From Oculina patagonica (Eukaryota), in NCBI RefSeq assembly GCF_052425735.1, contig NC_135761.1, positions 9,052,001 through 9,116,000 on the forward strand: a stretch of 64,000 nucleotides of DNA. The letters run 5' to 3'. The notes under the pieces are model-generated. The model saw nothing but the letters and a program-made list of their open reading frames with translations. It ran no database searches and was not told the DNA's origin. Numbering within the stretch: the first letter of the stretch is position 1; the number at the start of each line of letters is the position of its first letter. The position numbers and the translations under genes are program-made. Positions 1 through 12,800 of the stretch are shown here, in pieces.

Positions 1-3000
1 CTAAAGAGGGAATCGGGTATTGAAGTAGTAGAGACGAACAGTATAGACGACTAGCTTACTGTTTTTTTTCCATCGCACAAAGTCTGCCGGCTTGGTCTCG
101 ACTTCAAAACTACTAGTCCAGCGACCAAGATAAATGACTTTTAAGGCTTTCATTTCCATCAACATTGATATTTTGGATTTATATCTTGATGTTGTGTTTC
201 TGTTTTTTTTTGGTCGCTATTTATTCAGACGTCTTACGCGAGAATCACTGAGAATAGCCAAAGTCCATTCACGCATTCCTTTCACGGGTTGAAGGATTAT
301 TTGCTCAGTAAAATAAAACTTTAGATTCGTCTTAGCCCAATATGGGAAAATATGTTAGTCTCCACTTTTTATATTTGACTTTAATGAGAATGTTAATGAC
401 GCCGGAAAGATTAAACTAGAAATACCACTTGACATATAGTTTAAAATCCTGCTCGGATATTTGAGCTTAGAAGTTTGGAATTCAATTATGTATCTCATGT
501 TATTAAGAAAATATTCAAAATTAGCAGATAAATAGGGTTACTTTTATTTTGTTCAAACCCAGTTGCTTAGCTCTTTAAGATATCATCATCTCAGATTACC
601 ACGAAATCGCATATGTACATGTAACTTAGTAAATTTGACTTTTAGTTCATTGACTGAATTTTCTAATTAATTGGAGAGTCAACGTGAAGGTATTCAGTGG
701 AATTAAAAATTAAGAAAGTCAACAATGTCGCGAATAAATACTTAACCAGTCATTTTCTGCCAGCGTAGGGCTTTGGGACTCCATGGCAGACGGCGTTACC
801 TCCACCCACCCACCCACCCCCCCCCCCCCCCACTTCCTCACCAAAAACTTGCTCCAGGCCCCAAGGTACACCTTCTAAAGCAAAATAATATAAATCCCCA
901 CGCAGAAAATTCATGGGGCCCCGGGATGTACAGCGAAATTATTTGGGCTTCTGAGCGCCATTTATAGCCACCTAACATAAGTAGATCGTATTTGATTTTT
1001 GTAACTATCTATTTCAAATCTTAGTCCTTCCTAATTCCTGACATTTTTAAATATCTAAGTTTAGAATTAAGCCATTATTTTGCATTTTCATTAGTAAGTG
1101 ACATGTCACTCGATAAAAAAAATCGCTGTATCGCTGGGCCAGACAATAAGCCTTTTACCGGCCTTTACAAGAGGTCCGGTATCGATGTCTGCTCTCATTA
1201 AGTAATATTGGGCTTAGTTTTAATTTGAAGTCCACTTTAAATAACACAAAAGGTCCTCCCAGTTAGACACCGCACAAGTTACCAATAAAACAAATGTTTA
1301 CAGAATTCACTGCAACAGATGTTTTCTAATTTTTTTCTTGCCTTGTAAGCGAAACGCGGGAAAGGAACTTGAGGTCAATTCTTTATCGATCGAAGAAGTA
1401 TGGTGAGAAATATTTCAAGATTTTAGAGATCGAATACAGTAGAGAAATAACACAACTTTTTGACCTCTTCGATGGCCCCCAGGCCATAAATAACTGCACT
1501 GAATTGTTTTCATGACAGAGTGATTTTTCTAGAAGTAATTGTATTCTAGATTTATAGCCGCTCAAATGCAGCAACAGCTAAGCACCATCTTGTCCGCCGA
1601 TGACGCGGAGTTAGTTTGGAGCGCTTTCACATCCACAAAGGTATGTAGAGAACACTTTTTGGGTGGAAAAACTATTTTATGATAAAACTTTTCACATGAA
1701 AATATCAGATTGTTTTTATCGCCCAGAGCGCACCTGCCAGCTTCGGAAACTATGTTTATTACGCGCGCCTGCGTAATTTTTGCCACATAACAGCCTTGTT
1801 TCATACGATTTTCTTGCTCTTTGATCGAAGCCCTTCGTGTCCAGAAAAAAAATCGAATAGTTTCAAGCTGTTTATCCGGTACAACTTTTGAAAGTTTTCC
1901 GGCAACATTACGACCATGAATACAACCACTCATGGCATATACACAAGAATGAAATCTCCCGCTGAAAAAACTTTTGTCCTTTTGTGCACTCGAGTAAATT
2001 ACCTCACCCTTCCATACCTCCACAGCAGAAACCCATATGCTTGTAACTTTATAGATAATCTTCGTAAAGTATCCACAAAAATTTAAAGACGCACAATATA
2101 ATTAAGTAACGGATATATTTCTTCCAAAAGTATGCACAAAGTAGCAACTTAAGTACCGTAAATTGACATGTGCAAACTGAGGATGTTAATTTGCGCTTTT
2201 CACGAAAACATGGCGTGACATTTATGTTACTCTTTCCCGCTTCACTGTCACGCTTTAAGTTTAAAAGTATTTTCTATTTATTTTTCAAATCCATACTTAA
2301 TAAATCTTTCTGGATAATTGGCTTATTTTAATATGATTTTACTTAAGTGATCAGACGCTTTTTTCTCGTCATTCATACTTGCGACTTTATGTCAAACTTC
2401 GTTCGGTCACCCAGCTAGGGGCTTCACACAATAAAGAAACCCCCGACTTTGTGGACCTCATTAGAAACAAAACCAACCGTAGAATTAATGAAACATAAAG
2501 TGAACTTTCCAGTCAATTTTCTTTATTCTGTCCACCTGTTATGTTAAAGAAATTTTAAAAGGAGGGGGTCGCTTTTCAGTGCTACATGTATTCTCTCTTG
2601 TCTCTTAGAGGTTTTACGGAATCTAAAATCGCCGTCCTAGGTTTATAATGTAAGATCATGTAAGGGGTTATGAAATTTTAAGAATGTTTGGATTATTTAT
2701 AAGACCTGAAGGAGACGAAAGAAAGGGGGATAAGCGAATTTGCCATAAGAAGTTAAAAATGAAAATTTAAAATTAGAATATTTAGTGTGGTAATAATTGA
2801 TATATGATAGAAGGAGACCAAAATGGGCTAGCCTTAACCCAAAGTCGTTAAGTTTATTTGGTACAATTTCCCCGACTTTAGTCCTTTCTTGACTTGCATC
2901 CAATTTCAAATGAAAATTGACTACTTCAAATCATATATATTCATTTCCTTTAATCAGCTGGAATTTTCTTATGATTATGACCTTTACTGTGAGATTAAAA

Positions 3001-4033
3001 TCACTTGCAAATCTCTCATTGTCTTGATCCTAGAGTGCATTACTTTTCGTTTTCAATGTGCCTGATTATTTTCTTGTTTGAGTTGATAATTTGTTACTGT
3101 ATGGACGCTCCACTAAACATACACACAAACAAACAAAAAAAAACAGTAAAAGCTCACTTTAGAAAAAGAAGATAATTACGTCCTCAAAAATAGAGTCGAG
3201 TCGAGTACGAGGCTTGTGAGGAGGACATTTTGCACCTCCCCCTCCCCTCCCCCATCTCGCCTTTCCCAGGGGTATGTTGTTGTTAGTAACAAAAGGGTCC
3301 CATGCTGTGAAAGGGTAAGTCGCAACCTTGGCATTGGTGTCACTTCGGCTATCAGTGATTGGTCAAAACATTACTTACACTAAAACACAGTTCCGAGGTA
3401 AAGGACTGCTCTGCTCGCACTGCAGAAATATATACAAAGAGAGGTGTCATGTGCATTTTTGTGATCGGGTACTTAACTAACAGCACAAAGAAGACACAAT
3501 TAATTGGGGTGACAATGCAAAAATCTTGTACCGGATGGAATAAGTATTTAATGCGTCTACAGCCAGTCACGCCAAAAATTAACGACATTTCCTGTTTATA
3601 AAACTCTGACGTCAATGGTCTTTAGTCATTTAAATTTGCGCGCCCACTTAACATGTACAGCGATTAAAAATAAACGAAAAGGAAAACATTAAACATCAGG
3701 TATTGTTAACTTCCAAATTCTTTTTGTTTTATTAATTGACTCAAGTTTGTGAAGATCATAGCACATTGCGTATTTAAATCGGTTTAGACTTATGTTTTGG
3801 AGCCTAACTGATCCTATTTGACAGATATGTGTTAATAAACCCACTGCAAAATACATCCGGAATGCGACCACTAACTACCACGATTTTGTATGCATTTCGA
3901 AACTATCCTGAATGCTAGTTGGTTTTCTTTTGTTCTTCATTCCTTTTTATTCTTTTTTTATGCTCGGTCATTTCCTCATTTAATTTTCAGTGAAGGATCT
4001 TTCAGGGATGTGACTCTGGAAATCATGTAGTAA

Positions 4034-4265
4034 GGGACTGGCCATTATTTTTTTGGAGGGGGGGGGGGTGAAAAATATTGAAAAAAATTGTTTGCAGGGC
4101 CTGGAAAGACAAAATAAATTGTTTGCAAACACGATATGTATAACAAAATATAGTAAGAATTTCGAAAAAAAAATGTTTGCAGAGGTGCATAAACTAAAAA
4201 AAAAAGTTTGCAGAGGAAAATGTTTCATCCCCCCCCCCCCCTCCAAGAAAATAATGGTCCGTCCC
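4034..4265. mobile_element. MITE with TAA target duplication (PIF/Harbinger-like)
   Basis: TAA|GGGACTGGCCATTATTTT...GGAGGGGG and CCCCCTCC...AAAATAATGGTCCGTCCC|TAA. Confidence 0.7.
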
Positions 4266-7200
4266 TAAAGAGCAAATAGGGAAGCCGCCACATTATGACG
4301 ACCGAGATGGGGAATTCGCTCTCCCCTCCCACAAGTTTTGTGGGTACAGCGGAGGGTTCATGTTTGAGTCCTTGACTTTTCTCAAAGTCCTCCAAGTTGA
4401 AATTTGCGAAATTTTAAGAATATTTTAGAATAAACCGGAGGCTGAGATTAAAAATTATATATAATTTTGTGTGTTGAAAATGTCAAAATTAAAATACAAC
4501 ACAGTTATATGTTTCTAAACAAACCGTATAAAATTCTACCTTTCTTAACAGCAAAATTAGCCACTGATAAAATTATAAAACCCTGCACTAGCAAAATGTT
4601 CAATGCTAATGACAGTTCGATGAATGGTACATGTAATACATATGTATGGTATACAGCACAAACGGAAATGTCATTCGCTATAATCTAAGAATATTCACAA
4701 GAATATTTTCAGACAAAAAAAAATGAATATTCAGCCTGGGCCGGAAAACCAATATTCTTATAGAAAAAAGAGTTTATCAGGCACTTGAGACCCTCCCCAC
4801 TTGAGTCGTTAAATCATGACCACGACTTTCTTAAACCAAAACCGTCAACCACAAATATGCAACAAAAGATATTCTTATGCGCATCATGACAATGTTTTTA
4901 TTTGACCATTTTCTATATTCTCATTACCTGTCTACTTGATAAAGTATTAATCCTGAAAGGAGAAAATTATTTGTCGACCGGTCCTAGGAAGTAAGGGTTA
5001 ACTACTCTGACCGTTTCGTGCCGTGTTATGTTTGTGTTGGTAGCTGTCATTGTAGTACGACATCTTTTTTCAATTAAATTTTCACCGTCACTGAATACCT
5101 CGCGTGTTTGCGTGCAGTGCGGCCGGAGTCTCTTCTCGTCAGCGTTTTCGCGGTGTCTATGAACTGGGTTCCAGCCCTCACGCATCCTTCCGAAACTAAC
5201 GTGCTTTTCTAGAAACGTCCGATTTCATAACAGCGGTGATAAAGACTCCTTCCCCCATATTTCCCCCGGAGTTCCTCTACGTAAAAAGTGATATTTTTCG
5301 ATATTTTTGACAGAGATTAACCAACGCCTCGCACTTCTGTGTGTGTTACGTGTCCAATACCACTCACGCTATGGCTGATTTCATCTCATTGTTATTTTCA
5401 CTGTCACAATGTTTTTTCAATCGGTCGTCACGATGAACTATTAAAATAGTTTGTCTTCCGATTAAAGTGCAAACATGAAACTGATTTGTTCCAGTGTAAA
5501 CAAATCTTGCACGTAAAATCACGATTATAATATGGCTGTTTTTACCTAGCTGATTTTCGCTGTCATGTTTAATGTAACTGAGCTTATGCAAAGTAAATTC
5601 AGTTTTAATCTCGAAATTTCAATTTAAGCTGTTTTCACTCTTCAAAGATTACACATTTGACTTTTTATTTTTAAAAGACACGCTTCTTAACCTTTCGTTC
5701 CGGCTGTCTGTATGCGACCTCTTTGTCTGCGGAAAAGAATTGCATGAATGCGAGCAATCTGGGTAGCTGCCTTCCGGTAGTAGCGCAAATATATTTAACC
5801 TAAATATAACATAGTGATTTAGACATCTAGTACACGTGCGTGTCTGGTTTTAACAGCTTATTTGGATAAAAAAAAAGACATACATTGATAAAGAATATTT
5901 GGATATTGTTCTTAATCAATCATGTTGATGATGTAACGTGGTATCTTTCACTGACGTGACTAGCGCAGATCACACAAGTTAGATAACACGCCGCAATGTT
6001 GACTTGCGCGACAAAAAAAGAAAATTACAAGTGACTGGAAAGGAAATTGTAGGAAGCCGGCGCGATTTAAGATTTGTGTTTTAGGATCAGTCCTATAATA
6101 GTTATCAGGAATTTAAGAGGATCTACGTAATAAGGTCATGCGGTGTGATCCGGGCAGTTCATAACCCCTCCTTCATTCGATCGCAGTAAACATTCAAGTA
6201 TTTTATATCAAGTACACGTACGAACAGTAACAAATCAAGGGGCTCTGTGTCTAACGAAGACCTACATCGCTAAAGAATTCAGCTGCAACTACAGAATTTA
6301 ACAAGCAGGCACATAAGGTATTTATTGTATTATACTTTAATCGAGAGGGACGCTTGATGCATTTAAATCGAAAGGCGGCGCGCGTCGGGGAATCAAATGT
6401 CCCGCGGAATGTTTGATGAAGAGAGCGCACTTTCGTTTTTATACAAACTTTGCATAATTTGTATTGTCTTCTCCTTTGGTCGTCCTTTAAGTTCTTATAT
6501 CACTAAGTGTTACAGCAGTAGTGCCTCGTTTGCAACTCGGCTCGCTCGTTCATCAACGTTACCCTGTTTTCGACTTTATATCACTCATTCTGTATTATCT
6601 TATTAGCCTAACACAGAAGCAGGCAAACTTTAGAGGTCACGCGGGTTTGGTTAATTTCTCGTAACACTGTTTTAATATTGCGTGTTACCCTGCTAAATAT
6701 CGCTTCCTGTATATATTCAACAGCACTTCTTGTCCAATATGCTATTTTTATTCTTTTTGGAGCTAACTCGGCTAACAGTTTCTTAAAAATCGCCTTAACT
6801 TGCCTTATTAGAATTGTTGTACGTTCGATCGTTTTATCCCTCGACTGTCTGTCTGCACCATGAAGTTTCTTGAGGTCAAAAGGTGCAGAATGACAAAAAC
6901 ATTTTGCGTATTTTTTTATTATTTTAATTGACTCACACAATTTTTTATCCATGCTGAAATCTTTGCTTTCCTTTCAAGTTTATAATGATACAAAGAACAT
7001 GTCCCTACATCAAATGTGTTTCTTTTTATCGCAAGAAAGCAGTTGCGGCTTATGTGTGATAAAAATAATGCTGTAATCGCAAGTAGTAAATCGGTTTACC
7101 TTTTACGGACATTGAGAAATGTCCTTTTATCAAACAAGTCTGTTAACACTAAACTTTTGTTCCCGCTTGTTTATGTTACCTCTATGTTAGTTTGTACTTG

Positions 7201-9814
7201 ATTTAAAAGCAACAAGCTGAACAAGTATCATATTCGATTCACCTACCAGAATTTAATAATTCCATAACCTTGTTTTTCATTGCTATGCTGAAGTTAATCG
7301 CTACACCACTAACAAGATATAATTGTAACAATAAATGACATTTCAATCCTAGGTAGTCTTTAAGTAGTTTGGCTATCGGAATAGTTTGAAAATTAGGAGA
7401 AAAGAAAAATCGATAAAGAACGGCGATTCGAACCCAGGCCCCACTTAGGCGAAAGTCGCCAGCTAGCACTTTATAAAAGTATGCTTTCCTTGCATTATTT
7501 TTTAAAGCAAACTCTTATTTTCTTTCACTGTTTGCGGTGTCACCGCGCCGTACAGTAAAAAGCTTAATGTCAGTCTAATAATCGTCACACGGTCTAAGCC
7601 CTTTGTCTCGTGTACGCAAATTATCCTTGCTGAACTCCAGCACTGATTTTGTTATGTCAATCCAATTGAAGTTAAAAAAATTGAGTTAATTATCGTATAG
7701 TTGCCGTTTGACCTGCACTATCGTTTATGTATTGATAGTGAGTGATTTGAGTATATATTTGGTTGTTCTTACAAAACTACGCATGATTGAAAACCAGACC
7801 TATCCAAATATGACATCATATGTTCAAAAAGTTTTGCTATCGATATGAATGGCTAAAAATAAATTAAGTTAGTTATTTATTTACATATCTTTTTCTCATT
7901 CCTTTGTTTAAAAGAGGATTCCCAAAATTTGACATCTTTTTCAACAAACGGAGGTTTTCAAAGTAAACAGATTGGACTGTAGCCGTGGTTTTATTTGTTT
8001 TCATTTTTCCTCTCAATAACTTTGAGTTAAACCTATTTTTACTCACACTGACAAATATCCGCTTAAACTAACATAATTATCGGCATCCTTGGGGAAAACA
8101 GTGCTGAATATTTCATTATAATGTAACTGGTACAATATATACTAGACAGGAAGTCCTTTCCGCTGCGGTTCAGGTGTTTAATACTAGCTTCGAGTCAAGA
8201 CAGTCAAGGACCACCTCGACGCTTCTTCGGCTCTTGATATTTTTTTTTTTTTCAGTTGAAAGTCCATGGGCCTTGTTAAAGAAAGGCCACGTATTCTATA
8301 TATAGGATTTAAAGTCTTTCCTAAACCTGACATATTATGAATTGAAGATTCAGTGAAGATATAACTCTGTAACTCTGTAACCTTGACGATTTAAACAGAT
8401 GTTTGCATATATTCACGTATGACAGTAAACAATTTCTTGTATGCCTCTTCTGACAAAAATCTAATTCTTTTTAAAAAGTTATATCACTCTGAAATTTTTA
8501 AATTCTATTAATTTTGGGCGTTCTTTCCAGAACTTTCGATCGTTATTTTTCTCTTCAAGCGGGAATATCAAGACACGAAAACTTCGGGGTGGTCTTTTTC
8601 AATAACAGAATAAAAAAACTCCATAAAGCATATATCGTTTTGTTGTTGCCGACCCTAATGCTAAACCAATTCACTCAAAATCCTCGCAATTGTGACCTTT
8701 CTTTCGGCGGAAAATTGAGTGAGTAGAAATTTCTTTATTTTCTTGTTGCTTGCCATGGTCATTAGCCTGCGTTGCAGCCGGACGTGACACTGAAATCCTC
8801 AACTATACCCCCGGGATTATACCAGTGTTTAGTTCGTCTGCTACACAGGCTACATGGACATAAATTTCTCTAGTCTATCCGCTTTGAAGTTAATTCATGT
8901 TGATGATAATTATCCCTGTCCGAGAAGACGTTTTCCAAACTTTGTCTTCTTTAATTTAAACTGAACGTAGCGCCACAAATCCCGAAAACGATTCACGAAG
9001 CGACTGCTTTTTGCCAGTGTTTTGGAACACAATCTTGCTTAAGTTTATAAGAATTTGAAATCTCTAGGAGCATAGTAATTAAAATCAACATGGCTACCAG
9101 AATTGTCAAGATTGTTCGACATCTTATTTACCATCATATTATAAATTGCAAAACAGTATGTATTTAATCCTGAGCTCTTTGGGGCAAACCGCGGCCCACG
9201 ACAAGATCTGGGACGAGTGGAAAAATTACGCGACGCGCGTGTAAGCTCATCCTGCTTCGCGCTCTCCAAATCGCGAGAAAAACGAGAGGAAAAAGAAAAA
9301 GACTGTTTTGCAGTTCACTCACAATATTTAAGCAAAGTCCTAGCAAGGAGATTTTTTAAAGATATTTAATTAAAGAACTGATTATCATCAAAAAATACAG
9401 TTTTCCAGTTGACCAGTTTCACGAGTGTTTAACTTCTAGACAGACCATTTTTGGTAAGTTCATCGAAGGGGGCAGGGGATGTCCTTTCTCCACCCTGGTG
9501 TATTTTTGTAGTGCTGTTGTCTGTTTATCTGGAGTTCATGGCGAGTATCAAAATTTCACCAGGTCAGCTTAAAAATAAATGAAAAGGTGCAACATTATGA
9601 TAGACAACTCTTATTGTAGTTGAACTTAAGTCAAGTATTCTTCTGGTAAACCACAAACGAGACATTCGGGACAAAAAAAGGCCAAAATGTCTTGTTTACG
9701 TTTGTGTTTTCGCGTTAACTGCATAATAACTCCTTGCGCCAGGTAAATATTTCATATTAGAAGCAAATCACTTGGTCGTACATTTCCTAATTAAGCTGTG
9801 CTCCTTTCTTCAAG

Positions 9815-12800
9815 GTATTCTCCAAGACGTGGGGAGGAAACACATACGAAAACGTATTTGAAGGATCAAGTTTGGTTGACAGATTGGTAGAAAAATCGCC
9901 AGAAAGGTATTCCACTCGAGAAAAGGCGACAGAGGTTCTTCAGGGTGTCCTCAAAGAAGGATTCATCAAAAGCATTGGCAGATCTCGAGTGTTCGAGGAC
10001 GGTGCGCAGTTGTTTTATTGGACAGAAAATTCCCCATCATCAAACAATATGGCGACAACCGTTAATTCAAGAACACAGGTAAAATCTTTTTATAACGCAG
10101 GCGGTTCTGATCCGCCTTCTCCCTCCCACCCCCTTGAAATCCAGATACTCGAGATAATCCAGGATATGTGTCATCGTTCGTTGTATTTTTATTTCGAGTC
10201 ATGACTTTTGCCTAATCTCGAACTGTGGCTTATCTCAACTTTAAATCCTGGGCAGTTAAAAATGCAACACGAAAAGAGGATTAGGTTGAACAATTGGCTT
10301 GTAGCCTGGAACTTTGTGGTTGTGTGCGTAAGTGACGGCCTGTGGCAAACGACAACAGGGTGAAATCCGAGGATTTCAATCGCATGGAACTTAGTAGCCT
10401 GCGTAGTTTTTGAGCGCGCGTTTGGGAAACGCGAAAGGCGCGAGACGGCCACGCGAGGGGAAAAGTATTATTTTTCCCTCGCGTGGCCGTCTCTCTTCTT
10501 TTGTGTTTTCCAAATACGCGCAAAAACTACACAGGCGCCTGCTAAGCAGGCTAGGAAAAGAATCTGCACGAAACTTTTCCCCCCCCCCCCCCCCCCCCCG
10601 TTTTTCCCCCTTAGAAATAATGAAAAGTTACTTCACACCTGAGCGTGACAACAGTTGCATGCTGCCTGACGTGACACATTTTGGCTTATAATAGCAACTT
10701 TCGTGGCACTCAATCTTTAATACCTCGAAAGTAATTTTTTTTTTTTTATTACGGGTGTCCCAAGACAGACGTACCTAATGTACATCAAGGCAATGTATGC
10801 TGTAAGGCTAATGAATTATTACTTATGTTATTCTTTCAGCGCTTCAATAAGCCCCAACAAGAGGAATCTAAACCGGCCTGGACAACGCCTAACTTGAAGA
10901 AAACTGGCAGGCCGGGAGCAGCATCGCTTAAACGGATGGAAACTAACACTTCTTCACGGGCAACGCAAAATGCAGTCTCCAAAGAAACAGACAATGACAA
11001 GAAAGTGAACGCGACTAAATCTCTCTCCAGGGGGTTGGCAGCGCTGCTTGAAAAGGATCAAGCATTTAGTTCTCAAAATGTTCAAGACAATAAGGATGAC
11101 GAGAAGAATGAAGAGAAGGGAGAAACAAATGGTCATCCCAACATGCTCAACGGTCAAGGAAAAACCAGTAACGATGAAGCTACACCAGAAAATTCCAAAA
11201 CCGATTCCAAGCCGCAATCCTCCACTCAGCGATCAGTGCACAAGACTCCGCAGGTAAAACTGGTTCAAACCGGTTCTGTGACTGACGATTCCAAGCAGTG
11301 CTCTACTCAGCGATTTGTGCACAAGGCTCCACAGGTTCAACAGGCGCAAACCGGTTTTGTGGCTGACGTAGTAAAACCGATCGCCCATCAAAATGGGGAA
11401 GTTGTTCCCTTGAAAAAAGCCGTACAAGAAGGAAAAGTCGCCCAAGTGAAACCTGCCACACAAACATACGTAGCCAAGGCTCCCGTGATTGTGCAGGGAA
11501 AGAAAATTGGTCCCGAGGGCGTTCCCGAGACAGCTAAAGAGGAGGAAAGTACGAACAAGAAGGCTGACATAGTTACGTCATCTATTAAAACATCGCCGTT
11601 TATCAACCAAAAAGAAGTCAAGGAAAGCGCTGCTTCAAAGGTGATAAAGAGCTCGCCTATCAAAATGGTCAATGGCGTTCATGAAGAGAAGAAAAGTGAA
11701 GTGGTTACAGCAAAAGAGTCGTCTACAAACGTGAACCAACTCACGACAGTAGAATCTGACAAAGAGACTGTTGATTTCCTTAAAAAAGAAATTGAACGAA
11801 TGAAGGCTGAACATGAAAGGGAGTTAGCGAAATACGAAGAAAAAATAAACGAGATGAAACACCAAATTGAACAGGCGACTTCTGAAGGTACAACTTCTGA
11901 AGCGTCGTCGGATCTCTCTAGATCAAGCTCCGTGTCCAGTTTACCGCCTCCAGCGCCACCTCCACCCCCACCTCCATCAGGGCCCCCTGCCCCACCACCA
12001 CCACCACCCCCTGGGTCAGCGAGTCCTCCACCACCACCTCCCCCTGTTCCCGGTGCGGGGCCTCCTCCTCCACCTCCTCCGATGGGTCCAGGTGCTCGTC
12101 GCCTCGGAGGACGAGTCCAGCCGAAGAAAGCCGCCATCAAGCCAGATGTGGAAATGAAACCGCTGTTTTGGACGAGAATCTTAATATCAGGTTGGTTTTA
12201 ATAATATTTTGTCTTGTACCGTCCTGCCTGAGAGCCAAACAACAAAGTTACCTGCTAGCAGGCTCTATTTTAGCCTCCTACGCAGCCGTTCCGAGGCTAG
12301 CTCCATTTTCATTTAGCTTAAAAATTGAAAAGCCCCGAAGTTGCAGATCTAACATCTGAGCGACTCGTATGAGAGCATAAAACTTGTATTTAAGGATTAA
12401 CAAAAAGCATCATGTTGACATTTCTGTTTGTGTTCTTGTTTCAGATGAAACAGATGGTGACGACTTAAACAACAACAAACCCAAGAACTCCATTTGGAAA
12501 CACGTGACGGAGATGGATTTTAACAGAAAAGAATTTCAAAAGTACGTCGTTTCTGTTACTCCTTTCATTTTCCCCGTAATTTAAAGGCAACAAGGAAAGC
12601 TCACATTCCCCATATGGAGAGCAAAAGAAGAAAGAATATGAACAAATGTTTTTTTTTCTCCGCAGGTTGTTTGGTCGCAAAACCAGCAAGAAGTCTAAGT
12701 GTGATCGGCGGAGCACCCTTAAAGATGACGACCACTTTTCACATTCTAAAGGCCAACATGTAAGTGTTAATCGTCGTTAGCCAGAGCTATATTTTTTCTT

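Noticed and set aside
1-9500. Short ORFs (e.g. 1562-2023, 6608-6952) and CpG-rich patches near 5.1 and 6.4 kb
   Set aside because: No recognisable domains or consistent exon chain. The region may hold formin 5' UTR exons or promoters, but this cannot be supported from sequence alone.
11679-12157. Gly-rich antisense ORF and His-rich alternative-frame ORF
   Set aside because: Shadows of the formin poly-proline FH1 codons.
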